Made by a program: the position numbers and the translations under genes
Source: Chthonomonadales bacterium
GTDB taxonomy: Bacteria > Armatimonadota > Chthonomonadetes > Chthonomonadales > CAJBBX01
Reading direction: 5' to 3'
DNA length: 64,000 nt
NCBI GenBank assembly: GCA_012517255.1
Contig: JAAYVH010000313.1
Coordinates: 5,960 to 69,959, forward strand
Notes under the pieces: generated by a model
Seen by the model: the letters and a program-made list of their open reading frames with translations, nothing else
Databases searched by the model: none
Told to the model about the DNA's origin: nothing
In this document: positions 18,869 to 29,033 of the stretch, piece after piece
Layout: each line of letters begins with the position of its first letter
How positions within the stretch are numbered: the stretch's first letter is position 1

Positions 18869-21314
18869 GCTCATCCCTCCCTTTGCGCACCACGGTATCG
18901 CCCGTCCGAATGGCGATGGCGTCTTCGGGACATCCGCGACGGCAGGCGTCGCAACGGGTACACAGCTCGTCATTGATGACGTGTTTGGCGAACGGCTTCA
19001 TCGGGATCGCCTCGACGGGGCATTGCTGGGCGCAGATCGTGCAGCCGATGCACTCGTCCCCTATCTCGTAGCGGATCAGAGCCTTGCACACCCCCGCCGG
19101 ACAGCGCCCTTCAATGTGGGCCTCATACTCGTCTCGGAAGTAGCGCAGACCGGTCATAACCGGATTGGGCGCCGTCTGCCCGAGGCCGCAGAGACTGCCT
19201 TGCTTCACCTGTCCGGAGAGCTCCTCCAGCGTGGCGATGTCGGTCTTCCGGCCCTTGCCTTCGCACAGACGCTCCAGTATCTCCAGCAGCCGTTTGGTGC
19301 CGAGACGGCAGAACGTGCACTTTCCGCACGATTCGTGCTGCGTGAAGGCAAGGAAGTACCGGGCGATGTCCACCATGCATGTGTGCTCATCGAGGACAAC
19401 CATGCCGCCGGAGCCCATGATCGCGCCGACGGACGCCAGCGCACTGTAATCCACCGGCGTGTCGGCCAGCGATGCCGGAATGCAGCCGCCCGATGGGCCG
19501 CCGATCTGCACGGCTTTGAATGACGAGCCCTCGGGGACGCCGCCGCCGATCTCCTCGACGATCTGGCGAATCGTGACCCCCATCGGGACCTCGATGAGCC
19601 CGCCCCGGTTGACCTTGCCTGCGAGGGCGAAAACCTTGGTGCCCTTGCTGCTCTCCGTGCCGATGGCTGCGAACGCATCGGCGCCATGGCGGAGTATCCA
19701 TGGAACAAGGGCATAGGTCTCCACGTTGTTGATGCTTGTCGGCTTGCCCCAGAGTCCGCTCTCCGACGGATAGGGCGGGCGCAACGTGGGCACTCCGCGA
19801 CGCCCCTCGATCGAGGCAATGAGGGCCGTCTCCTCGCCGCACACGAAGGCTCCCGCGCCCTCCAGCAGACGCAGGTGCAGCCGCCGACCGGTGCCCAGCA
19901 TGTCGTCGCCGAGGTAGCCCCGCTCCTCACAGACGCGAATGGCATCGCGGATGCGACGGACGGCATAGGGATACTCGGCGCGAACGTACAGGACGCCCTC
20001 TTCAGCTCCCACGGCGTAGGCCGCAATGGCGATTCCCTCGAGAACCCGGAAGGGGAAGGACTCCAGCAGCATGCGGTCCATGAAGGCGCCCGGGTCGCCT
20101 TCGTCGCCGTTGCAGATGACGTACTTGGGTGTGCCTCCGGCAGCGCGCACCTTGGCCCACTTGATGCCGGTCGGGAACCCTGCGCCGCCCCGACCTCGCA
20201 AGCCGCTCCGCTGAACCTCGTCTACCACTTCGTCCGGGCTCAACTCAGTCAGGCACCGCCGCAGGGCCTCGAAACCGCTCCGCGCGATGTACGCTTCCAC
20301 ATCCAGCGGCTCAGCCTCGCCTGCGTGCTCCATGGCAATCCGTTTCTGCGGGCCCAGATAGGCGCAGATGGGCGGATCGCGCATGTCCACAGCGTAGCGC
20401 GTCACCGGTTCCCATGTCTCGTCGCTGGCGAGCCGATCGAGGAGACCCGTGGCAGCCTTTCGTATCCGGGCGCCGAGGCCCATCGGCTCGAAATGGCGCC
20501 GCAACAGCGCTTCGGCATCCCTGGGATCGAACTTCGCATACGTCACCGTCGGTCGGCCTTCGGTCGCTACCTCGACCAGCGGAATCTGGTGGCAGAGGCC
20601 GCTGCACGAGATGCCTCGAACCGTCACCGGCAGGTGCAGATCCCGGGCCGCCTGAACGACTGCATCGCGAACATGCATCGTGCCGCCGGCGATGCAGCAC
20701 GAGTCGAGAGCGAGCCGGACCTCTCCCATGGCGGGGCGGGATGGCTTGCCGTTGTCCGATGCGTCGAGCGCTCCCCGTCGTTTGAGCGCGAGGAAGTCCT
20801 CGAGAGCCCCTTCGACGTTGTCGGCATTCATGTAGCCGTAGGTGAGGCCGTCTATCTGGATGACCGGCGCAAGGGTGCAGCACCCGACACACGCGACGCG
20901 CGCCACGGTAAACACGCCGTCTCGATCGGTGTCCTCTTCCGCGGTCAGCCGCAGATGACGCCGGAGCGCCTCATCAACAATCCCCGAGCCCTTGACATGG
21001 CAGGCCGTGCCGTGGCAAACGCTCACCACATGCATACCGACCGGCTTGAGCCGGAACTGCGAATAGAACGTTGCGGCTCCCATCAGGTCCGCCGGCGTGA
21101 TGGATGTCTCGCGGCACACCTGCTTGAGAGCGGGCTCGGGCAGATAGCGGTACTCGCGCTGGATGGCCTGCAAGATCGAGATCAGCGCCTCCTGGCCGCG
21201 ACCCGTCTGCTCGACGAGCGCGGAGACGAAGGCTTCCATCTCGTCGGCCGAGGGGCGACGCGCGGCAGACTGCGCCACCGGGGCGGGCTTCTTGCGCTCG
21301 AACAGCCGAACCAT
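18855..21314 (-). CDS. Fused NuoE-NuoF (HydC-HydB-like) NADH-binding FMN/Fe-S subunit
   Basis: NuoE 'VCHGTACHVKG...ACVGCCTLAP'; thioredoxin-like [2Fe-2S] 'SCCIAGG...CSGLC'; 'GRGGAGFPTG', 'CNGDEGDPGAFMDR', 'GEETAL', 'SCGKCTFC', 'SLCGLG'; two C-terminal ferredoxin motifs. Confidence 0.9.
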   Translation of the reverse strand: MVRLFERKKPAPVAQSAARRPSADEMEAFVSALVEQTGRGQEALISILQAIQREYRYLPEPALKQVCRETSITPADLMGAATFYSQFRLKPVGMHVVSVCHGTACHVKGSGIVDEALRRHLRLTAEEDTDRDGVFTVARVACVGCCTLAPVIQIDGLTYGYMNADNVEGALEDFLALKRRGALDASDNGKPSRPAMGEVRLALDSCCIAGGTMHVRDAVVQAARDLHLPVTVRGISCSGLCHQIPLVEVATEGRPTVTYAKFDPRDAEALLRRHFEPMGLGARIRKAATGLLDRLASDETWEPVTRYAVDMRDPPICAYLGPQKRIAMEHAGEAEPLDVEAYIARSGFEALRRCLTELSPDEVVDEVQRSGLRGRGGAGFPTGIKWAKVRAAGGTPKYVICNGDEGDPGAFMDRMLLESFPFRVLEGIAIAAYAVGAEEGVLYVRAEYPYAVRRIRDAIRVCEERGYLGDDMLGTGRRLHLRLLEGAGAFVCGEETALIASIEGRRGVPTLRPPYPSESGLWGKPTSINNVETYALVPWILRHGADAFAAIGTESSKGTKVFALAGKVNRGGLIEVPMGVTIRQIVEEIGGGVPEGSSFKAVQIGGPSGGCIPASLADTPVDYSALASVGAIMGSGGMVVLDEHTCMVDIARYFLAFTQHESCGKCTFCRLGTKRLLEILERLCEGKGRKTDIATLEELSGQVKQGSLCGLGQTAPNPVMTGLRYFRDEYEAHIEGRCPAGVCKALIRYEIGDECIGCTICAQQCPVEAIPMKPFAKHVINDELCTRCDACRRGCPEDAIAIRTGDTVVRKGRDEHAVH

Positions 21315-23302
21315 CACTTGGCCCCGATGCAGTAGAGGTGCTGCTTGCCTCTGATGATGATCCTGGAACCGACGAACGCAGGCGAGGCGTTCACCTCTTC
21401 GCCGAGCGGGCATTTGGCCAGCAGCTTGAACGCGTTGCCGGCCTCCATGATGTGCGTGACGCCATCGGAAGCTGTCAGGTAGATGCGGCCGTCGGCAAGC
21501 ACCGGCGAGGAGCGGACGGTGGTGGCAATGTCGGCATCCCAGGCCGGCTTGCCCGTGGTGATATCCACGCACGTCAGCCAGCCCTCGGTCATCACAAGCA
21601 GCATGCGATTGCCGAACACGACAGGGCTGGCAATGTCGGGCAGTCCGTCCCCTCCGGTCCACAGCACCGCGGTCTTGGTGACATCGCCGGCGCTGTCGGG
21701 CCGGATGGCTGCCGAGTTCGACCCCTGATTGGCAACCAGCACATAACCCGGCCCAAAAACGGGCGAGATGGCAACCTCGCCGCCGAGCACGTCTGCGCGC
21801 CAGATCTCCTTGCCGTTGTGCGGGTCGTAGGCGATGACGCGCGGCGACGCCGTTGTGATCAGCTGCTCGGAGCCGTTGACGGTGATGACAATCGGGGTGC
21901 TCCATGAGGCGCCGACGTCGCGCTTGATCTGCCAGACTGTCTTGCCCGACACGAGGTCAAGCGCCATCAAGACGGACTTGGCGTCGTCGCCGTGTCCCTG
22001 ATCCAGTTGGAGGATGAGCCCGGAGCCGAAGATCACCAGGGAAGTGGCGTGGCCGTAGGGATTCTCAAGCGGCCCGAAGCTCCGCGTCCACAGCAGCTTG
22101 CCGTTCATATCGAGGCAGGCAACATCGCCCGTCACGAACATGGCGCATATGCGCGCGCCGTCGGTCGCGAGCGTGGACGGTGCGTAGCCGGTGTCGGCCT
22201 GAACCTTCGGCACGGGCACGCCGGCAGGAAGCGGTATGGCAGTCCGCCAGACGATGGCGCCGGTATCTAGGTTCACCGCGTAGACCTCGCGGCTCTCGGC
22301 AGTGGCTCCGCTCAAAAAGATGCGGTTGCCCCAGACGATGGGCGAGTTCCAGCCGGGCAGCGGAATGGCTGTCTTCCACAGCACGTTCTCGCCCTTCGCT
22401 CCATCCCACTTGATGGGCGGCTTCCGGTTCAGCGCGACGCCGGTGCCTTCAGGACCGCGGAACCTGGGCCAGTTCTCTGCCCAACCAGGCGCCAGGGAGG
22501 CACTTACGGTCGGTGCCGGCTTCTTGGCCAGTTCAGGGGCAGCGGCAGGCTTGGGGGGAGCGCCTCTATCTGTCGGCATGGGAACCAGCAGCGTGCCAGG
22601 GCCAGATAGCGTGCCGCCCTCGGGTTGAGCCACCGAGCCTGAGCCGGCTGCCTGTGGCGAGGCGGAGGCGATCGGAAGGCCGGGCGCGGTCGGCGCTGGC
22701 GCATTGGACGCATCACGGGCAGATTGTGCCGAGGCAACGGTCCTGGCTGGCGACCTGTCGGCCGCGCGGGCATACTCGGCCAGAGAATCGTGGCGCGCAA
22801 GGACCGACAGGGTTGCCAGCGTGCCCGCCAGGATGCCGCCGACGGTAACCACTGACCGGAATGTCGCTTCAGCGGCCATACGCGCCCGCGTGGCGGCATC
22901 TGGCCGAGGGGCAGGAAGCTGCGGCTGTCGCCTCCGTACGACTTCAGAGGCGAGCAGATAGACCACGGTGGCCGCCAGCATGAGCCATGCGCCGCGCAGG
23001 GCGAAGTCCCGGTGACGGAGATAGTCCTGACGCACCCGCTTGTCTTCGTTGCGCACGCGAGCGCGCAGCGCCTCGTCGCCGGGATGCAGCGTGAGCTGAT
23101 GCTGGAGCTCGATCAGCCTCGTGGCCTTTGCCGGGTCTTCACTGCGACTGGCGACAGCGTTGGCGACCATGAGCGCCAGCACAATCCCTGCGAAGACCAC
23201 GGCTACGCGCGCCGTGCGCTGCGCCGCGGCCATGACCACGTCTTCGCTGGAGGCGGCGTTCAACGAGCCGGAGGAAAGAGTTGAGGATGGTGCGGTGTTC
23301 AT
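21314..23302 (-). CDS. Membrane-anchored PQQ-like (BamB-type) beta-propeller protein
   Basis: N-terminal hydrophobic helices, Pro/Ala linker, 'WPRFRGP', 'NVLWKT', 'WNSPIVW', repeated 'G..VW' blades; ATGA coupling to the upstream gene. Confidence 0.8.
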   Translation of the reverse strand: MNTAPSSTLSSGSLNAASSEDVVMAAAQRTARVAVVFAGIVLALMVANAVASRSEDPAKATRLIELQHQLTLHPGDEALRARVRNEDKRVRQDYLRHRDFALRGAWLMLAATVVYLLASEVVRRRQPQLPAPRPDAATRARMAAEATFRSVVTVGGILAGTLATLSVLARHDSLAEYARAADRSPARTVASAQSARDASNAPAPTAPGLPIASASPQAAGSGSVAQPEGGTLSGPGTLLVPMPTDRGAPPKPAAAPELAKKPAPTVSASLAPGWAENWPRFRGPEGTGVALNRKPPIKWDGAKGENVLWKTAIPLPGWNSPIVWGNRIFLSGATAESREVYAVNLDTGAIVWRTAIPLPAGVPVPKVQADTGYAPSTLATDGARICAMFVTGDVACLDMNGKLLWTRSFGPLENPYGHATSLVIFGSGLILQLDQGHGDDAKSVLMALDLVSGKTVWQIKRDVGASWSTPIVITVNGSEQLITTASPRVIAYDPHNGKEIWRADVLGGEVAISPVFGPGYVLVANQGSNSAAIRPDSAGDVTKTAVLWTGGDGLPDIASPVVFGNRMLLVMTEGWLTCVDITTGKPAWDADIATTVRSSPVLADGRIYLTASDGVTHIMEAGNAFKLLAKCPLGEEVNASPAFVGSRIIIRGKQHLYCIGAK

Positions 23303-24657
23303 TCCAGTGTGATCAGTCCCAGCCGTTCGTGCTCTACGGGACACGACATGTAGCAACGTGCGCACGATAGACACGATGCTCGGTCCGCCTCGTAGTCCTC
23401 GCGCCTTCGCCGGACATGAAGCAGAATCAGCTTCCCGCCAATGACCAGACCGGCCCACGCACCGAGCAACGCCGAACCGACATCAAAGCGCCTGCGAACC
23501 TCCACGGCGCGCGCGTAGGCGATGCCGAACGGCTGCGCCAGTTGCCGGTACGCGTCGGTTTCGTCGGTGGTTCCCCTGACGCGGCCACGCTCCTCGGCCC
23601 AGAGCCGTTCCGCGAGGCGCACATCCCTGTGCGTGCGCGATATGGTTGGCGAGGCCGCGTAGCCCAGGGCCGCGAGCAATGGGACGAGCGCCGCTGTGAT
23701 CATGAGCGCCCGTATCAGACCCTTGCGGGCCTGCTGACGCCCGCCTGCCTGTTCGGCGGGCGTGGGCGGATGGATGGCGCCGAACGGACACTCATCGGCG
23801 CAGAGGTGACAGTGCAGGCACTCACCCGGCGTGATTCGCACACGCCATCGAGAGAGCGCCGATGCCCAGCGCAACAGCACGCCATATGGGCATAGATAGC
23901 GGCAATAGGGACGCCCGACACGCGTTCCCAGCGCCAGTAACGCGGCTCCGAACGCGATCACCCCCCACGCTCCGCCCATGCGATAGAAGGGGATGAACGG
24001 GTCGTACATGCAGATGAGGAAGCTCGCTCCCGTCCATGCCAGCAGCGCCGACAGACCGAGGTACAGATACGGGACGAGCCCGAGCGTATGATCCACCGCA
24101 GGATGGGTCTGCACCGGTCGAAGCACCACGAGATCCTGAATCGCCCCGAGCGGGCAGGCCGTACCGCAGAAGATCCTGCCCACAAACAGCGCGAACACAA
24201 GCGGCAGGACGAAGAACGCTCCCACGGTCACCGGAAGGCGATAGGATGGATCGCCAAGCGCAAGAGCGACGTTCTGGATCGAGCCGATGGAGCAGACGCA
24301 TCCCATCCGGTAGAACCCGAAGTACAGCGCAGAAAAGACGACCAGAACGCGCACGCCTGTGCGTGAACGCATTTTGAACACGAACCACGTGCCGAGGACG
24401 AGCACTGCCGCCAGCAGGGCCACATCGATGTAGGCGAACGTGTCGGCTCGAGGCGATGGCTCCGTGGGAGTCGGCGGGAAGTAGCCCGACGTGAACTCGG
24501 GAGGCGGCTGCTTCTTCTGCTCCTGAGCCCAGGCGACCGAGGGCACGATGCCCGAGACGAGCAGCACGGACCATAGGGCACTCGCGGCGAGCAGGGATCG
24601 GCATGTCCCGCTGCCCCGCTCGGTCCATCGCGCGAGCCTGAGGACCGTCCGACTCAT
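23299..24657 (-). CDS. Membrane 4Fe-4S binding protein (NapH/MauN/NosR-like polyferredoxin)
   Basis: Multiple TM helices, 'GRIFCGTACPLG', 'YCRYLCPYG', 'CLHCHLCADECP', 'CLSCARCYMSCP'. Confidence 0.85.
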   Translation of the reverse strand: MSRTVLRLARWTERGSGTCRSLLAASALWSVLLVSGIVPSVAWAQEQKKQPPPEFTSGYFPPTPTEPSPRADTFAYIDVALLAAVLVLGTWFVFKMRSRTGVRVLVVFSALYFGFYRMGCVCSIGSIQNVALALGDPSYRLPVTVGAFFVLPLVFALFVGRIFCGTACPLGAIQDLVVLRPVQTHPAVDHTLGLVPYLYLGLSALLAWTGASFLICMYDPFIPFYRMGGAWGVIAFGAALLALGTRVGRPYCRYLCPYGVLLRWASALSRWRVRITPGECLHCHLCADECPFGAIHPPTPAEQAGGRQQARKGLIRALMITAALVPLLAALGYAASPTISRTHRDVRLAERLWAEERGRVRGTTDETDAYRQLAQPFGIAYARAVEVRRRFDVGSALLGAWAGLVIGGKLILLHVRRRREDYEADRASCLSCARCYMSCPVEHERLGLITLE

Positions 24658-25259
24658 CACGACTTGCGCAGGGTCCGAATGAGATAGGGCTTCGAGGCTG
24701 GCACACGCACGAAAGCCTGCGAGGGACAAGCCTTCGCAATCGCGCACTGATTGCAGTTCACGCAGCGGTCGTGGCGCACCTGAAGGTGCAGCGATCCGTT
24801 GCCGAACCGATTGCAGCCCTTGACGCAGATGCCGCAGCCGATGCATGCAGGCTCGTCGATGAACATCTCGTAGAACGGGTCTTCGACGAATCGGCGCTTG
24901 ATGGCATCGACCGGGCAGCGGTTGTCCTCGGCTGCCAGCGTGTTACCTGTCCGCTTGTCTTTGAAGAGACCAAAGCAGAGCTTGCAATAGCCGCACAGCG
25001 CGTAGGCATGCACGCACTTCACCGCTGACGGCGTGATGACACATTCCGTCGCGCACTTGCCGCACTGGATGCATTTGGCCGGATCGATCTGCCAGACCGT
25101 CGGTTCCGAACGCGAGCCGCGAGCGAGCGACGCCAGGGCGCCTCCGGCTATCACGAGGCCGCCGAAACGAGCCGCTCCTGCCACGAAATCGCGGCGCGAT
25201 GCCTTCGGCTTGTCGGCGGAAGCGACCGACCTATTCGTCGTATCGGATATGTCAGACAT
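24657..25259 (-). CDS. Tat-exported multi-cluster ferredoxin (NapG/MauM-like)
   Basis: Tat motif 'SRRDFV'; 'CIQCGKCATEC', 'CGYCKLC', 'CIGCGICVKGC', 'CVNCNQC...CP'. Confidence 0.85.
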   Translation of the reverse strand: MSDISDTTNRSVASADKPKASRRDFVAGAARFGGLVIAGGALASLARGSRSEPTVWQIDPAKCIQCGKCATECVITPSAVKCVHAYALCGYCKLCFGLFKDKRTGNTLAAEDNRCPVDAIKRRFVEDPFYEMFIDEPACIGCGICVKGCNRFGNGSLHLQVRHDRCVNCNQCAIAKACPSQAFVRVPASKPYLIRTLRKS

Positions 25260-25527
25260 CGGGTTTCCGTTCGCTTGGTGGTTGGGCCTTGCGGCCGTCA
25301 CGATAATAGACGGCTTCCGGCTTGCCGCAGATACGCACCGCGCCGCATCCTGAGCATAGAGGCTGGCCCGAAGGACCGTACAGGCAGGCCGGCGCACGAT
25401 CGTCTGTGCCCCGTCTCATCAGGTGCGCGATGCCTCCCAGGAAGCCTGTCAGCGCCGCAGTGCGAGCGAGCGTGCGGAACAACTCGCGACGCGATGAAGC
25501 GTGCCCCCCGTCACTTCGGCTATGCAC
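25252..25527 (-). CDS. Small Tat-signal, four-cysteine hypothetical protein
   Basis: GTG start overlaps the upstream gene; 'SRRELF' plus hydrophobic stretch; C-x9-C-x2-C-x5-C; overlaps both neighbours. Confidence 0.6.
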   Translation of the reverse strand: MHSRSDGGHASSRRELFRTLARTAALTGFLGGIAHLMRRGTDDRAPACLYGPSGQPLCSGCGAVRICGKPEAVYYRDGRKAQPPSERKPDV

Positions 25528-26530
25528 TGTCCTGTCCCTTGGGCTCGTATACGCGCACCGCGTTGATCCCCTTGTCCAGCACCGCAATGCGGCCGTCGCT
25601 CATGACAGCCACGTCGAGACCCACGACGCCTGGCGAGAGGTCCTCGTGACCGGCCACAACGCACTCGAAGTGACCTTGCTTACTGTATATCTTGACCCGG
25701 GGGATGCCCTTTTCTGATGTAACGTACCGGCCGTCGGGCAGCAGCGCGATGTCGGTAGGATTGCAGCAGCCGCAGAACCCCTGTACCTGCTGTCCATCCT
25801 CGCCCCAGCTCCATCGCGGAGAACCGTCGGGCTCGTAGATCTCGATCTTGTGGGCGCCGGGGTTCACGACGTGAACGGCTCCTTCCTCATCCACAACTAC
25901 ATCGAGGTGCGGACTGGGCACGATGAGGCCGCTGTAACCCCGTTTCGGATCCTTCTCGCACATGTACCCGATCACTTTGCCGGTCGGATCGCAGCGGACG
26001 ATTCGGCGGCCGACCGAGTCCCCGAGGTAGATCGTATCCGGTCCGAGCGCGATGCACGTGATAAGGCCCTCGGGAGCGAACGGCTCCCACGCTTCGGCGC
26101 GTTCCGCATTGGGCCGCACGATCTCGACGTGGTTGCCCACGCCGATGAACAGAGCGCCGAGACCTGCGGCCATGCAGGTCGCCTCGCCGCTGATGACGGC
26201 GCTCGAGGGCAGCGCGCCGCGAGAAGAGCGGTCGACCCCCTCTCCTCCGGCAAGCCGCACAACCTGACGGTCACCCGCGACCCAGAGGCTGCCGTCATGT
26301 GATGTGGCGATGCCCGCAGGGGACGGTACCTGAACCGCAACTTGCTCGGCCTCGTGGTACTTGACTAAGGCCTTATCGGTCTCTTCAATGACGTCGTCGG
26401 TCGAGACGATCGGGCGTTCGCGTTTGCAGCCTGTAACGATGCTGGTTAGCGCCACCACGCCAGCGCCGCCAAGCAACGCTTCCCGGCGCGACACGACGCG
26501 CCCCAATGACCCGGATGTGGGCTTGCTCAT
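25520..26530 (-). CDS. NHL-repeat beta-propeller, Tat lipoprotein
   Basis: 'SRREALL...IVTGC' (Tat motif plus lipobox); NHL-like repeats; motif 'FCGCCNPTDIA'. Confidence 0.75.
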   Translation of the reverse strand: MSKPTSGSLGRVVSRREALLGGAGVVALTSIVTGCKRERPIVSTDDVIEETDKALVKYHEAEQVAVQVPSPAGIATSHDGSLWVAGDRQVVRLAGGEGVDRSSRGALPSSAVISGEATCMAAGLGALFIGVGNHVEIVRPNAERAEAWEPFAPEGLITCIALGPDTIYLGDSVGRRIVRCDPTGKVIGYMCEKDPKRGYSGLIVPSPHLDVVVDEEGAVHVVNPGAHKIEIYEPDGSPRWSWGEDGQQVQGFCGCCNPTDIALLPDGRYVTSEKGIPRVKIYSKQGHFECVVAGHEDLSPGVVGLDVAVMSDGRIAVLDKGINAVRVYEPKGQDSA

Positions 26531-26580
26531 CGTTCAGGCCTCCTCTGACTATACGCTCCGGCCATTGCTGCGCGATCCAA

Positions 26581-28008
26581 CTACGGCTTGGCCATCTCCA
26601 AACAGACCATGCGATGCACGTCACGGACAAGCAAGCGGGTTCCTGCCAGCGCCATGGGACCCCACGCTTCCGGTCCCTCGAGCACCTTGATCTGCGCCAG
26701 ACGCTTGTACCCCGCAGGGGTCGCCTCGATCGCGCTCAGGTTGCCGCTGTCGCTCAGCGCAAGCAGCACGCCGTCCGCCAGCATGTATGCGCCGAGGCCG
26801 AAGCGGTCGGTGCCGCTGGTCCACAGGCTCTTGCCTGTTGTGTCGAGACAGGTCATCTGGCCGCCTGGCTTGACGCCGTAGACGTGGTTCTTGTAGAAGA
26901 CGGGGGTCTGCTGATCGGAACCGAACACCTGGGGTCTCAGGCGGGTGACCACTCGCGCCGACAGGCTGGCGCCAGAGCCCTCGATCTTCAGGAACATAGC
27001 GCCAGATTCATAGCCGCCGGTCAGCAACAGCATCCCGTTGCCGAGGGCCACTGGGGTGGGCACCGTGGCGGTGTTGATCACCCAGTCCGTGTTCTCCCAC
27101 AGCAGCTTGCCGTCGGATGCCGAGACTCCCGCCACGCCGCCGCTTCCGCACCAGACGTACTGCGCCACGCCGCCGATGGTAGTGGGCAGGGGCGTAGAGT
27201 GCGTCATCAGCCACTTGCGCGGGTTGGGAGTCTGCCACATCACCTTGCCGGTGCCGATCTCGAATGCCATCATGAGCGCCTGGCCGCCCGTCCCGATTAC
27301 GACGCGGGTGCTGTCCACGATGGGGCACTGGCCAGCGTACCACTCGGGCACGGTCACGCCATACTCGGCGACGAGATCGTGCTGCCAGATGATCGCGCCC
27401 GTGTCGGCATCCATGCATGTGAGATGGCACTTGGGTCCGAGCGTGACCACGTACTTGTCGGTGACGCTCGGTATGGTCCTCGACATGCCATGGTTGCGCT
27501 TCACGACGACGGGATAGCTCCTCCGCCAGATCTCCTCGCCATTCGCAAGCGCGAAGCACCGGACGGAATCGGCCTGGCCCGCCTGATCGTAGTCAATGAG
27601 GTAGACCCGTCCGCGCCGCACGGCAGGGGCCGCATAGCCCTCACCAAGCTGAACGCTCCAGAGGGCGCGCGGCGGGCTGGCAGACCACTCGAATCCTAGC
27701 TTGCTGCCGGTCTCGCCGATGTTGTCTCGCTCGGGTCCCCGGAACCACGGCCAGAGCCCGGGCAGATCCTCGACCTTGGCTGCCGCATTGGAGAAGCTGG
27801 TACCGCCTCCACCGGCGGCAGGAGCCGGCTGTTGCGCGCGGGTTGACGGCGCCTCGTCAATGCCGAGAGGACGCTCATGCACGGGTGTCGGACGAACATA
27901 GCCGTGTACCCACCAACCGATGGCAACGGCGCCCAGAACGGCCGCCACGGACGGTGCGGCGTTGACGATCCACCATCGGGATCGTGCGCGGTCGTCTGAG
28001 TTGCTCAC
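26581..28008 (-). CDS. PQQ-like (BamB-type) beta-propeller protein
   Basis: N-terminal TM; 'WPWFRGPERD', 'GEGYAAPAV', repeated 'G..IW' blades. Confidence 0.82.
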   Translation of the reverse strand: MSNSDDRARSRWWIVNAAPSVAAVLGAVAIGWWVHGYVRPTPVHERPLGIDEAPSTRAQQPAPAAGGGGTSFSNAAAKVEDLPGLWPWFRGPERDNIGETGSKLGFEWSASPPRALWSVQLGEGYAAPAVRRGRVYLIDYDQAGQADSVRCFALANGEEIWRRSYPVVVKRNHGMSRTIPSVTDKYVVTLGPKCHLTCMDADTGAIIWQHDLVAEYGVTVPEWYAGQCPIVDSTRVVIGTGGQALMMAFEIGTGKVMWQTPNPRKWLMTHSTPLPTTIGGVAQYVWCGSGGVAGVSASDGKLLWENTDWVINTATVPTPVALGNGMLLLTGGYESGAMFLKIEGSGASLSARVVTRLRPQVFGSDQQTPVFYKNHVYGVKPGGQMTCLDTTGKSLWTSGTDRFGLGAYMLADGVLLALSDSGNLSAIEATPAGYKRLAQIKVLEGPEAWGPMALAGTRLLVRDVHRMVCLEMAKP

Positions 28009-28119
28009 AGGAGGAATGATACCTGACCCGACGATCCGGAACCGACCGAGCCCTTACGGGGTATGATTCGTGTCAGGCTCCGCAGACGGCGGGCGCGACT
28101 GATCAGGAGGACCGGATCC

Positions 28120-28938
28120 GTGGGGTATCGAGACCGTCGAGCATTCACGCTCATCGAATTGCTTGTCGTCATCGCCATCATTGCCATCCTTGCAGCCATT
28201 CTCTTTCCCGTCTTTGCACAGGCCCGCGAGAAGGCGCGCCAGACTTCGTGCCTCAACAACCATCGTCAGCTAGGCACGGGTCTCATGCTGTATGTCCAGG
28301 ACTACGATGAGACCTACCCGATCACGTTCTACATGGGCGCGGAGGCCTCGGGCATGCCCTGCATCCTTACGTCCTTCCAGGCGCTTCAGCCCTATCAGAA
28401 GAACTCTCAGATCGTGCAGTGCCCATCGGATCCTGCCAAGCTCGATTTTGCCCGCGGCACCGCGATCATGGGCTTCCCTCCGCCCTGCTCGGCCGCTCCG
28501 CCCGTAACGATCCTGAGCTACCAACCCAACATGCGCCTCATCGACGTGGGCGATCCCAACTACCTCGTGAACCCGTACACGGGATTCACGGGGAGACCTG
28601 TCCGGCGCATGGCCGAGGTGGAGTTTCCTGCGGAAACGGGAGCCTACTCCGACTCCACCATCGCGCTGCAGGGTGGCACTGCCAACTACACGACCTATGA
28701 TCTGCCGGTGCAGGCGCGGCACGGCCTGAGCATCAACGTATGCTTCGCGGATGGCCACGCCAAGCTGATGAAGGTCAGGCCCGAGCTTGGCAGCGATGGC
28801 GCGCAACTGGGGGGACTGCAACTCGACGGGCAGGCGATTCGATCGTGGCTCATTGCCGACGACGGCCCCTATGCCGGCAAGCGGCAAGTGTGGGGCATTC
28901 CGTTCCGGCTTCCCGATGGGTCATGGGGAATACGGTAG
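28120..28938 (+). CDS. Prepilin-type N-terminal cleavage/methylation protein, DUF1559 with H-X9-DG motif
   Basis: AGGAGG RBS then GTG at 28120; '[33 protein letters not shown]', 'CPSD', '[14 protein letters not shown]'. Confidence 0.9.
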   Translation: MGYRDRRAFTLIELLVVIAIIAILAAILFPVFAQAREKARQTSCLNNHRQLGTGLMLYVQDYDETYPITFYMGAEASGMPCILTSFQALQPYQKNSQIVQCPSDPAKLDFARGTAIMGFPPPCSAAPPVTILSYQPNMRLIDVGDPNYLVNPYTGFTGRPVRRMAEVEFPAETGAYSDSTIALQGGTANYTTYDLPVQARHGLSINVCFADGHAKLMKVRPELGSDGAQLGGLQLDGQAIRSWLIADDGPYAGKRQVWGIPFRLPDGSWGIR

Positions 28939-29033
28939 GCCGTCAGGACGGGCCGCGAAGCGACCGAGGTGCGTAGCGCCAGCGTCTCGCGGGCATTCCC
29001 CGCCGCGGATGCGAAGGATCTAGCGACCCGCCC

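Noticed and set aside
18855..21314. Respiratory complex I or [FeFe]-hydrogenase operon
   Set aside because: No other nuo genes are present and no H-cluster motifs occur in the neighbouring subunit.
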